A DNA stretch of 64,000 bases, from contig NW_025963913.1 of NCBI RefSeq assembly GCF_023055435.1, forward strand, positions 12,772,001-12,836,000. The letters run 5' to 3'. Origin of the DNA: Haliotis rufescens. Lineage: Eukaryota. Position numbers and translations under genes: made by a program. Under the pieces are notes generated by a model that was given only the letters and a program-made list of their open reading frames with translations, was not told the origin of the DNA and did not search any database. Shown piece by piece: positions 55,101 through 62,176 of this stretch. Positions within the stretch are counted from its first letter, which is position 1. Each line of letters opens with the position of its first letter.

Positions 55101-58100
55101 TGTATACTAGCTTCTTCACAACACATCTGATAGGCCAGTATCTGATACGTAGATGTATACTAGCTTCCTCACAACACATCTAATAGGCCAATATCCAGTA
55201 CGTAGATGTATACTAGCTTCCTCACAACACATCTAATAGGCCAGTATCCAGTACGTAGATGTATACTAGCTTCCTCACAACACATCTGATAGACCAGTAT
55301 CCAGTATGTAGATGTATACTAGCTTCCTCACAACACATCTAATAGGCCAGTATCCAGTACGTAGATGTATACTAGCTTCCTCACAACACATCTAATAGGC
55401 CAGTATCTGATACGTAGATGTATACCAGCTTCCTCACAATGCATCTAATAGGCCAGTATCCGGTATGTAGATGTATACTAGCTTCTTCAGAACACATCTG
55501 ATAGGCCAGTATCCGTTACGTAGATGTATACTAGCTTCCTCACAACACATCTGATTGGCCAGTATCCGGTACTTAGATGTATACCAGCTTCCTCAGTAGG
55601 TTTGATAGGTCTGTGTCCTGTTTGTTTGTTTGTTGGTTGGTTGGTTAACGTCGCAGCAATATTCCAGCTATATATAACAGCTGCTATAATCAAGTCTGGA
55701 CCAGACAATCCACTGATTGACGTCATGAGCATCAATCTACGCAATTGGGATATGATGACATGCATCAACCTAGTCAGCGAGTCTGACCAACCAAAAGCAA
55801 TAGTCACCGATGACGACAAACATAGGAGCCATTTACAGCAAGCATGGGTTGCTGAAGACCTGTTCTCTGCTAGGATGTTCAGGGGTCTGTCCTGTTTGTA
55901 GATATATATGCAAGTGAATATTATGCAGACCAAGCTCCACAGCCATACAGTAATTTCTTCAATAACATGAAATGGTTAAAGGAATTGAGGAATAAAGGAT
56001 TATTTTGCAGACAAAATTCAAGAGTGCAGCATGCAGAAATCCTGTGACAGATTTAACCAGTGAGTGATTAACTGTATTGCATTTTTTGAAGTCATATCCT
56101 GTAATAATGTTTTTGACAAAGCTTATTTGTATTGTATGGAATACCGAAACTGAAACTGATTATTTAAATCTATGGCAGTAGTTACTTGACAACCCTTTTA
56201 ATTGCTTTTTCTGCTTCCATGCATTTGCTGATATAATTGAGTTCTTGGCAACAATTTGAAGAAATATGATTTAATGTAATTTTTAGTTTAAACATATTTT
56301 GATCACATGTTATGAAAACAACTGGGCACAAGTTATTACATCCCTTGCCTTCTCCCATAACTTTTCAGAATGTACCTGTGTTTTTTTGTATTTGCGGTAT
56401 CCTAGGGGAAGATTAGATCAATGTCATGTATAAATATTATAAAAGATACATGGGTACAATGTGTGAAGCCCATTCCCGGTGTCCCCCGCTGTGATATTGC
56501 TGGAATATTGCTAAAAGCGGCGTAAAACCAAACTCACTCACTCACTCACAAAAGATACATAGAAGCTTGGGATAAAAGAAAAGTAAGAAGGGTTGATCAT
56601 TAAAAATATTTTCCAGACCCATATTATGCCCAGTCTGGAATCAATGCAGTGGCAAACAGGGCCATTAACCTAGTAATGATGCCTGCATCACAAGTGTTGA
56701 CCTAGTTATAGTGCCATGCATCAAGGGAGTTAACCTAGTTCTGGTTTATGCATCAGAGGAGTTAACCCAGATATGATGCCCACAAAAGGGGAGTTAACCT
56801 AGTTATGATGTCTTCATCAGGATGTTAACCCAGATATGATGCCTGCATCTGGGGAGTTAACCTAGTTATGATGGCTGTGTCAAGGGAGGTAACCTAGTTA
56901 TGATGGCTCAAGCTCCTTCCCAGCGTGTGACACCTTCGTTACACTCTCGGTAACATTGCTGCCACCAGTGTGGGCGCGGCCATTACAAGAATCTTGAAAT
57001 TTGCCCTCCAACCCCATATGTAGTAACGTTTATACTTTTGTTTATGTCTTTGGGAATGCCATCATATTTCAATTTGAAAAGGTTTACCACTGACCATGTT
57101 TTCCAGATGAATTTACTTTGTTGTTTTGATAATCAGATTGCTTCGAGATTGCAGACTAACAAAAAATCAACCAACTTCTCCCTTACATTCTTACTATATC
57201 AATAACACGATAGTTTTAATGAAACAGAAATTCAAATTGACAAACGAAGAAAGTAATTTAGAAGCGATAAGTGTATTCGGCGTCACAACAGTTGTCACTT
57301 GTTTGTAAACAAACAGTCATTCGGTTGCGAATTCAACTCCAAGCATGGTTGTGGCCACCTATTCACAGTGGGGAGTTTTGACTGGTGGCAGCGATAGTAT
57401 AGAGAGCTCCGGGAACGTACTATCGCTGAGAGGAGCTTGATGATGGCTGTGTCAAGGGAGGTAACCTAGTTAATGCATACATCAGGGGAGTTAACCCAGT
57501 TAGGCTACTGTGAAAAGGGTGGTTGTTGAGGAATGTAACATGTGTTTCAGACAAAGCTGCCTGTGGCGACCTGGCAGACAAGTGAGTTCCGTATCACCTT
57601 GTCTGTGTCACACCCACCAGAGCTACATTTAGTGATATGCTGATCACCATGAATAACAGACGGCTTTTACTATTGATAATAACAGTACCAGCTGTTCAGT
57701 ATACCTCTTGAGCGCTCTTGGTTGGTGTATGTGAGTAATGGTAGTTAGGGCTGGGACGGGTAACTCGGGTCCTGCAGTGGGTACCAGGGTAGGGTCAGGT
57801 AATGGAGGGTCTGATACCCAGGTAGTAAATGTGGGGTCATCCCGGCCCTAATGGTGGTATCAGTGGGACCTGTAATGATCAAGGCATTGTCCAGCAGTAC
57901 CAAAGGTATGTGTTCAATTTACCACATTGGTACATTTTGGGAGGCCATTTATTGTGATCGCCACCACATACATGGTTTGTTCAAGCAACGCAGTGAAACT
58001 TGTACTGTAGATCAATTTTTTGCAGATGTCCACTCAAATTATATGGTGAGGAATTTTCCAATGATATCTATGACAGCTGTCAGTATTGAATGTAGCTCTG

Positions 58101-61100
58101 GTGGTGGTAAGACCTTGTGTGGGTATTACTCAGATAGTTGACCAGTTCTGCTTGTGTTTCAGCTATGTATGGAGTGACTGATATTCCAGACTGGTAAGAA
58201 AGCTTCTTGTCAAGCCATTGTGCTGATGAAATCTTATAGTTACCTGAACAATTACACTTTTTTTGTTTTCTTATTTCATTTATTGCAAAGCTTTAGACAT
58301 ATTTCCAAACATATAACCAATATCATCAATGCCATTGTTATTAAACAATCAGTAGGATTCCAGGATATTCCATATGCCAGTTGTAAGGGGGTATCACTAG
58401 TCAGTAGGATGTGTTATAACCTGGCTTCCTAACCTCACAGCTGGGTCAGTGTTATCTCACTTCACAGCTAGATCAGTGTTATCTCACTTCACAGCTAGAT
58501 CAGTGTTATCTCACCTCACAGCTGGGTCAGTGTTATCTCACTTCACAGCTAGATCAGTGTTATCTCACTTCACAGCTAGATCAGTGTTATCTCACCTCAC
58601 AGCTGGGTCAGTGTTATCTCACTTCACAGCTAGATCAGTGTTATCTCACTTCACAGCTAGATCAGTGTTATCTCACTTCACAGCTAGATCAGTGTTATCT
58701 CAATTCACAGCTAGATCAGTGTTATCTCACTTCACAGCTAGATCAGTGTTATCTCACTTCACAGCTAGATCAGTGTTATCTCACCTCACAGCTAGATCAG
58801 TGTTATCTCACTTCACAGCTAGATCAGTGTTATCTCACTTCACAGCTAGATCAGTGTTATCTCACTTCACAGCTAGATCAGTGTTATCTCACTTAACAGC
58901 TAGATCAGTGTTATCTCACCTCACAGCTAGATCAGTGTTATCTCACTTCACAGCTAGATCAGTGTTATCTCACTTCACAGCTAGATCAGTGTTATCTCAC
59001 TTCACAGCTGGATCAGTGTTATCTCACCTCACAGCTAGATCAGTGTTATCTCACTTCACAGCTAGATCAGTGTTATCTCACTTCACAGCTAGATCAGTGT
59101 TATCTCACTTCACAGCTAGATCAGTGTTATCTCACTTCACAGCTAGATCAGTGTTATCTCACTTCACAGCTAGATCAGTGTTATCTCACCTCACAGCTAG
59201 ATCAGTGTTATCTCACTTCACAGCTAGATCAGTGTTATCTCACTTCACAGCTAGATCAGTGTTATCTCACTTCACAGCTAGATCAGTGTTATCTCACTTC
59301 ACAGCTGGATCAGTTTTATCTCACCTCACAGCTGGATCAGTGTTATCTCACCTCACAGCTGGATCAGTGTTATCTCACCTCACAGCTGGGTCAGTGTTGT
59401 TATCTCATCTCACAGCTGGGTCAGTGTTATCTCACCCTCACAGCTGGGTCAGTGTCATCTCACCTCACAGCTGGTCAATGTTATCTTACCTCAGAGCTGG
59501 GTCAGTTTTATCACAGTTGGATCAGTGTTATCTCACCTCACAGCTGGATCAGTTTTATCTCACATGACAGCTGGGTCAGTGTTATCTCACCCTCACAACT
59601 GGGTCAGAGTAATCTCACCTGACAGCTGGATCAAAGTTATCTCACCCTCACAGCTGGGTCAGTGTTATCTCACCTCACAGCTGGGTCAGTGTTATCTCAC
59701 CTCACAGCTGGGTCAGTGTTATCTCACCTCACAACATGGTCAGTGTTATCTCACCTCACAGCTGGGTCAGTGTCATCTCACCTCACAGCTGGGTCAATGT
59801 TATCTTACCTTAGAGCTGGGTCAGTTTTATCACAGCTGGATCAGTGTTATCATACCCTCACAGCTGGGTCAGTGTCATCTCACCTCACAGCTGGGTCAAT
59901 GTTAACATACCTCAGAGCTGGGTCAGTTTTATCACAGTTGGATCAGTGTTATCTCACCTCACAGCTGGATCAGTTTTATCTCACATGACAGCTGGGTCAG
60001 TGTTATCTCACCTCAGAGCTGGGTCAGTGTTATCTCACCTCACAACATGGTCAGTGTTATCTCACCTCACAGCTGGGTCAGTGTCATCTCACCTCACAGC
60101 TGGGTCAATGTTATCTTACCTTAGAGCTGGGTCAGTTTTATCACAGCTGGATCAGTGTTATCATACCCTCACAGCTGGGTCAGTGTCATCTCACCTCACA
60201 GCTGGGTCAATGTTAACATACCTCAGAGCTGGGTCAGTTTTATCACAGCTGGATCAGTGTTATCTCACCTCAGAGCTGGGTCAGTGTTATCTCACACTCA
60301 CAACTGGGTCAGTGTTATCTCACCTCAGAGCTGGGTCAGTGTTATCCCACCTCACAACATGGTCAGTGTTATCTCACACTCACAGCTGGGTCAGTGTTAT
60401 CTCACCTCACAGCTGGGTCAGTGTTATCTCACACTCACAGCTGGGTCAGTTTTATCACAGCTGGGTCAGTGTTATCTCACTCTTACCGCTGGGTCAGTTT
60501 TATCGCACCTCAGAGCTGGGTCAGTATTATCTCCTCAGAGCTTGGTCTGTTTTATCTCACCCACACAGGTGGGACAATGTTATCTCACCTTACAGCTGGA
60601 TCAGTGTTATCTCACCTCAGAGCTCGATAAGTGTTATCTCACCGCACAGGTGGGTGGGTCAGTGTTATCTCACCTCACAGCTGGATCAGTGTTATCTCAC
60701 CTCACAGCTGGGTCAGTGTTATCTCACTCTCACAGCAGGGTCAGTGTTATCCCACCCTCACAGTTGGATCAGTGATATCTCATCCTCACAGCAGGGTCAG
60801 TGTTATCTCACCTCACAGCTGGGTCAGTGTTATCGCACCTAACAGTTGGGTCAATGTTAACGTACCTCAGAGCTGGGTCAGTTTGATCACAGTTGGATCA
60901 GTGTTATCTCACCTCAGAGCTGGGTCAGTGTTATCTCACACTCAAAACTGGGTCAGTGTTATTTCACCTCAGAGCTGGGTCAGTGTTATCTCACCTCACA
61001 GCAGTGTCAGTGTTATCTCACACTCACAGCTGGGTCAGTGTTATCTCACACTCACAGCTGGGTCAGTGTTATCTCACCTCACAGCTGGGTCAGTGTTATC

Positions 61101-62176
61101 TCACTCTCACCACTGGATCAGTGTTACCTCACACTCAGAGCTGGGTCAGTGTTATCTCACACTCACAACTGGGTCAGTGTTATCTTACCTCACAGCTGGA
61201 TCAGTGTTATCTCCTCAGAGCTGGGTCAGTATTATCTCCTCAGAGCTTGGTCCGTTTTATCTCACCCACACAGGTGGGTCAATGTTATCTCACCTTACAG
61301 CTTGGTCAGTTTTATCCCACACTCACAGCTGGATAAGTGTTATCTCACCTCACAGCTGGATAAGTGTTATCTCACCTCACAGGTGGGTCAGTGTTATCTC
61401 TCCTCACAGCTGGGTCAGTGTTATCTCACCTCACAGCTGGGTCAGTTTTATCCCAACTCATAGCTAGGTCAGTGTTATCTCACCTCACAGCTGAATCAGG
61501 GTTGTCTCACCCTCACAGCTGGATAAGTGTTATCATACCCTCACAGCAGGGTCAATGTTATCTCACCTCACAGCAGGGTCAGTGTTATCTCTCCTCACAC
61601 CTGGATCAGTGTTATCTCACCTCACAGGTGGGTCAGTGTTATCTCACTCTCACAGCAGGGTCAGTGTTATCTCACCTCACAGCTGGGTCAGTGTTATCTC
61701 ACCTAACAGCTTGTTTGTTTGTTTCGTGTTTAATACCACACACAATTCCAGCTATATGACGGTGGTCTGTAAATGATCGAATCTGGACCAAACAATCCAG
61801 TGATTGACATTGTGAGCATCAATCCATGCAATTGGAATATGATGACATGCATCAAACCAAGTCAGCGAGTCTGACCACCCGATCCCTTGAGTCACCTCTT
61901 ACAACAAGCATAGTTGCCTTTTACGGCAAGCATGGGTTGCTGGAGACCTGTTCTACCCTGGATCTTCACGGGTCCACCTCACAGCTGGGTCAGTGTTATT
62001 CAGCCTCACTGCTGAGGTATTGCAATTGATATCCTATTTGCCTATTCTGTGCAAAATTTCTTTTCACATGCAGGGTGTTTGAAGAGATAGGACAACAGTT
62101 TGAGTTCACATCACTGTCCAGTGCTGAGATCCTAGGGGAACTATGGACGAGATCTCCCCTCAGCTATGTCAGCCAG
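28061..62176 (+). CDS. APEH: acylamino-acid-releasing enzyme (acylpeptide hydrolase, peptidase S9C), 3'-partial; 21 coding exons, 656 codons in window
   Basis: All introns GT-AG with consistent phases; motifs [62 protein letters not shown] (catalytic Ser), RNPV, TDIPDW, SPLSY; the catalytic Asp/His exons are expected beyond 64000. Confidence 0.95.
29772..29846 (+). pseudogene. degenerate tRNA-like sequence (SINE head or tRNA pseudogene)
   Basis: A-box TAGCTCAGTCGG, anticodon-like stem tcggg-ctaacaa-tccga, GAGTTCG; acceptor and T stems pair poorly. Confidence 0.5.
30118..30190 (-). pseudogene. degenerate tRNA-Arg(TCG)-like sequence (SINE head or pseudogene)
   Basis: Minus strand TGGTCATGTGGACAAGGCGTCCAACCTCGGATCAGAAGG...GGTTGGAATCCC resembles eukaryotic tRNA-Arg; T-loop and stems mutated. 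Confidence 0.5.
30352..31891. mobile_element. foldback / long-TIR DNA element, right end truncated at a SINE
   Basis: Arms 30420..30784 and 31565..31891 are reverse complements with internal ~38-bp subrepeats; left boundary approximate. Confidence 0.75.
31892..32341 (+). mobile_element. full-length tRNA-derived SINE with Meta-like core
   Basis: A-box TGGTCTAGAGG, B-box GGTTCGATCCC, core gtcataccaaaagac...tacttgttgttaccctg...gcattaagg, tail gaaatattgttcaaagtggctttaaac + (CACT)n. Confidence 0.8.
32508..32740 (+). CDS. APEH: APEH exon 2
   Basis: [14 protein letters not shown]...WSQRDL...; tacag / gtaaga. Confidence 0.9.
33441..33531 (+). CDS. APEH: APEH exon 3
   Basis: [14 protein letters not shown]...EEKQYFE; gtaagg. 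Confidence 0.92.
33927..34005 (+). CDS. APEH: APEH exon 4
   Basis: [12 protein letters not shown]...[10 protein letters not shown]; gtaagg. Confidence 0.92.
34089..34500. mobile_element. older hAT-type MITE
   Basis: Ends tagggctg / cagtccta; flanks ctagactg / ctaggatg (8 bp, 2 mismatches). Confidence 0.55.
34619..34761 (+). CDS. APEH: APEH exon 5
   Basis: [21 protein letters not shown]...; gtaaga. Confidence 0.93.
35404..35541 (+). CDS. APEH: APEH exon 6
   Basis: [14 protein letters not shown]...ISAGQ; gtaaga. Confidence 0.93.
35827..35918 (+). CDS. APEH: APEH exon 7
   Basis: [30 protein letters not shown]; gtcagt. Confidence 0.93.
36200..36240 (+). CDS. APEH: APEH exon 8
   Basis: [13 protein letters not shown]; gtaagt. 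Confidence 0.9.
36280..37097. repeat. 39-bp minisatellite, ~21 copies, filling APEH intron 8
   Basis: Unit gtgtcagtgtgttgtgccttggtatccttgatgttactc. Confidence 0.95.
37161..37282 (+). CDS. APEH: APEH exon 9
   Basis: [14 protein letters not shown]...HSQCSRLMM; gtcagt. Confidence 0.92.
37535..37592 (+). CDS. APEH: APEH exon 10
   Basis: [19 protein letters not shown]; gtttgt. Confidence 0.9.
37930..38030 (+). CDS. APEH: APEH exon 11
   Basis: [16 protein letters not shown]...FWRSRQ; gtgagt. Confidence 0.92.
37979..39346 (+). repeat. 73-bp tandem array made of the last 52 nt of exon 11, the donor and 21 nt of intron (~18-20 copies)
   Basis: Unit gttacctggagggagggagatagtgctgactaccttctggaggagtagacag|gtgagttacctagacgagggt; copy 1 is the real exon end. 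Confidence 0.95.
39632..39724 (+). mobile_element. 5'-truncated SINE (3' ~90 bp) with (ACTC)n tail
   Basis: 15-bp TSD ccagtgagggaatag; near-identical copy at 56452. Confidence 0.85.
39857..39908 (+). CDS. APEH: APEH exon 12
   Basis: [17 protein letters not shown]; tcgcag / gtattt. Confidence 0.88.
40712..41186. mobile_element. MITE (family B), copy 2, inverted relative to 17168
   Basis: TIR cagtgttcccg / cgggaacgctg; 6-bp TSD gtcttg. Confidence 0.85.
41972..42060 (+). CDS. APEH: APEH exon 13
   Basis: [29 protein letters not shown]; gtatgt. Confidence 0.88.
43361..43617 (-). mobile_element. SINE-like repeat family A
   Basis: (GTTT)n tail plus blocks shared with four other copies. Confidence 0.85.
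44729..44858 (+). CDS. APEH: APEH exon 14
   Basis: [12 protein letters not shown]...RVHVQY; gtgagc. Confidence 0.9.
45693..46007 (+). mobile_element. SINE-like repeat family A with a duplicated 5' segment
   Basis: Reverse complement of the other copies; tgaagatc...cttcagcaac occurs twice; (AAAC)n tail. Confidence 0.85.
46161..46250 (+). CDS. APEH: APEH exon 15
   Basis: [11 protein letters not shown]...PPLIVFPH; gtgagg. Confidence 0.93.
46683..46763 (+). CDS. APEH: APEH exon 16
   Basis: [27 protein letters not shown]; gtgagt. Confidence 0.94.
46745..47067 (+). repeat. 32-bp tandem array made of the last 19 nt of exon 16, the donor and 13 nt of intron (~10 copies)
   Basis: Unit ggatatgctgtgctcatgg|gtgagtaggtcaa. 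Confidence 0.95.
47275..47363 (+). CDS. APEH: APEH exon 17
   Basis: [30 protein letters not shown]; gtgaga. Confidence 0.95.
47463..48747 (+). mobile_element. full-length but inactivated mariner (DD34D) transposon
   Basis: TIRs aggggtgttcattaaagatttcccc at both ends; transposase 47636..48674 with [32 protein letters not shown]; stop at 47831, frameshifts, first catalytic D region apparently deleted. Confidence 0.93.
48826..49856 (+). mobile_element. Helentron-associated (HINE/DINE-1-like) element carrying ~5 tandem ~180-bp cores
   Basis: 5' ttatcccc...ggggatta hairpin, (GTCC/GTCT)n microsatellite, then repeats with actaagc at 48918, 49097, 49274, 49454, 49634; family assignment inferred from architecture. 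Confidence 0.7.
50098..50208 (+). CDS. APEH: APEH exon 18 (catalytic Ser, GGSHGG)
   Basis: [37 protein letters not shown]; gtacgt. Confidence 0.95.
50174..55594 (+). repeat. 53-bp tandem array made of the last 35 nt of exon 18, the donor and 18 nt of intron (~49 + ~25 copies, split by a 1.5-kb insertion)
   Basis: Unit gcttcctcacaacacatctgataggccagtatccg|gtacgtagatgtatacta. Confidence 0.96.
52772..54258 (-). mobile_element. probable solo LTR inserted in the 53-bp array
   Basis: TGTcaaag...ctttACA ends, 4-bp TSD ctag precisely splitting one unit, AATAAA on the minus strand ~40 bp from its 3' end, no convincing ORF. Confidence 0.7.
55619..55888 (-). mobile_element. SINE-like repeat family A
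   Basis: (GTTT/GTTG)n tail and shared blocks. Confidence 0.85.
56011..56059 (+). CDS. APEH: APEH exon 19
   Basis: [16 protein letters not shown]; ttttgcag / gtgagt. Confidence 0.93.
56452..56549 (+). mobile_element. 5'-truncated SINE with (ACTC)n tail
   Basis: 11-bp TSD aaaagatacat; same family as 39632. Confidence 0.85.
56660..57505. repeat. degenerate ~33-bp minisatellite (ggagttaacctagttatgatg...), interrupted by a MITE
   Basis: Recurrent ttaacc(t/c)ag motif about every 33 bp, resuming after 57440. Confidence 0.75.
56909..57439. mobile_element. non-autonomous DNA element with 9-bp TSD (Mutator-like)
   Basis: Ends caagctcct / aggagcttg with imperfect ~60-bp TIRs (gctgccaccagt shared); atgatggct on both flanks. 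Confidence 0.75.
57551..57581 (+). CDS. APEH: candidate alternative (mutually exclusive) APEH microexon 20a
   Basis: tgtgtttcag acceptor, 31 nt, phase 1 to 2, donor gtgagt; encodes [11 protein letters not shown] in place of [11 protein letters not shown]. Confidence 0.6.
57746..57850. mobile_element. 105-bp hAT-type mini-MITE
   Basis: TIR tagggctgggac / atcccggcccta; flanks atggtagt / atggtggt; a related end lies at 30065..30090. Confidence 0.7.
58163..58193 (+). CDS. APEH: APEH exon 20 (20b, canonical TDIPDW)
   Basis: tgtgtttcag acceptor, 31 nt, [10 protein letters not shown], gtaaga. Confidence 0.93.
58432..62003. repeat. 27-bp minisatellite, >100 copies, in APEH intron 20
   Basis: Unit tcacagct(a/g)g(a/g)tcagtgttatctcac(t/c); homogeneous at 58455-59300, degenerate distally; SINE inserted near the end. 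Confidence 0.95.
61711..61974 (-). mobile_element. SINE-like repeat family A inserted into the 27-bp array
   Basis: Shared blocks; the array unit resumes at 61975. Confidence 0.85.
62074..62176 (+). CDS. APEH: APEH exon 21
   Basis: [34 protein letters not shown]; gtatgg. Confidence 0.93.

Noticed and set aside
50174-55594. CRISPR-like appearance of regular repeats
   Set aside because: No unique spacers, no cas genes, eukaryotic intron context; the units are head-to-tail copies of an exon end
58449-61776. Long ORFs of SVLSHFTAR / SVLSHLTAG repeats
   Set aside because: Artefact of the 27-bp intronic minisatellite; open in several frames
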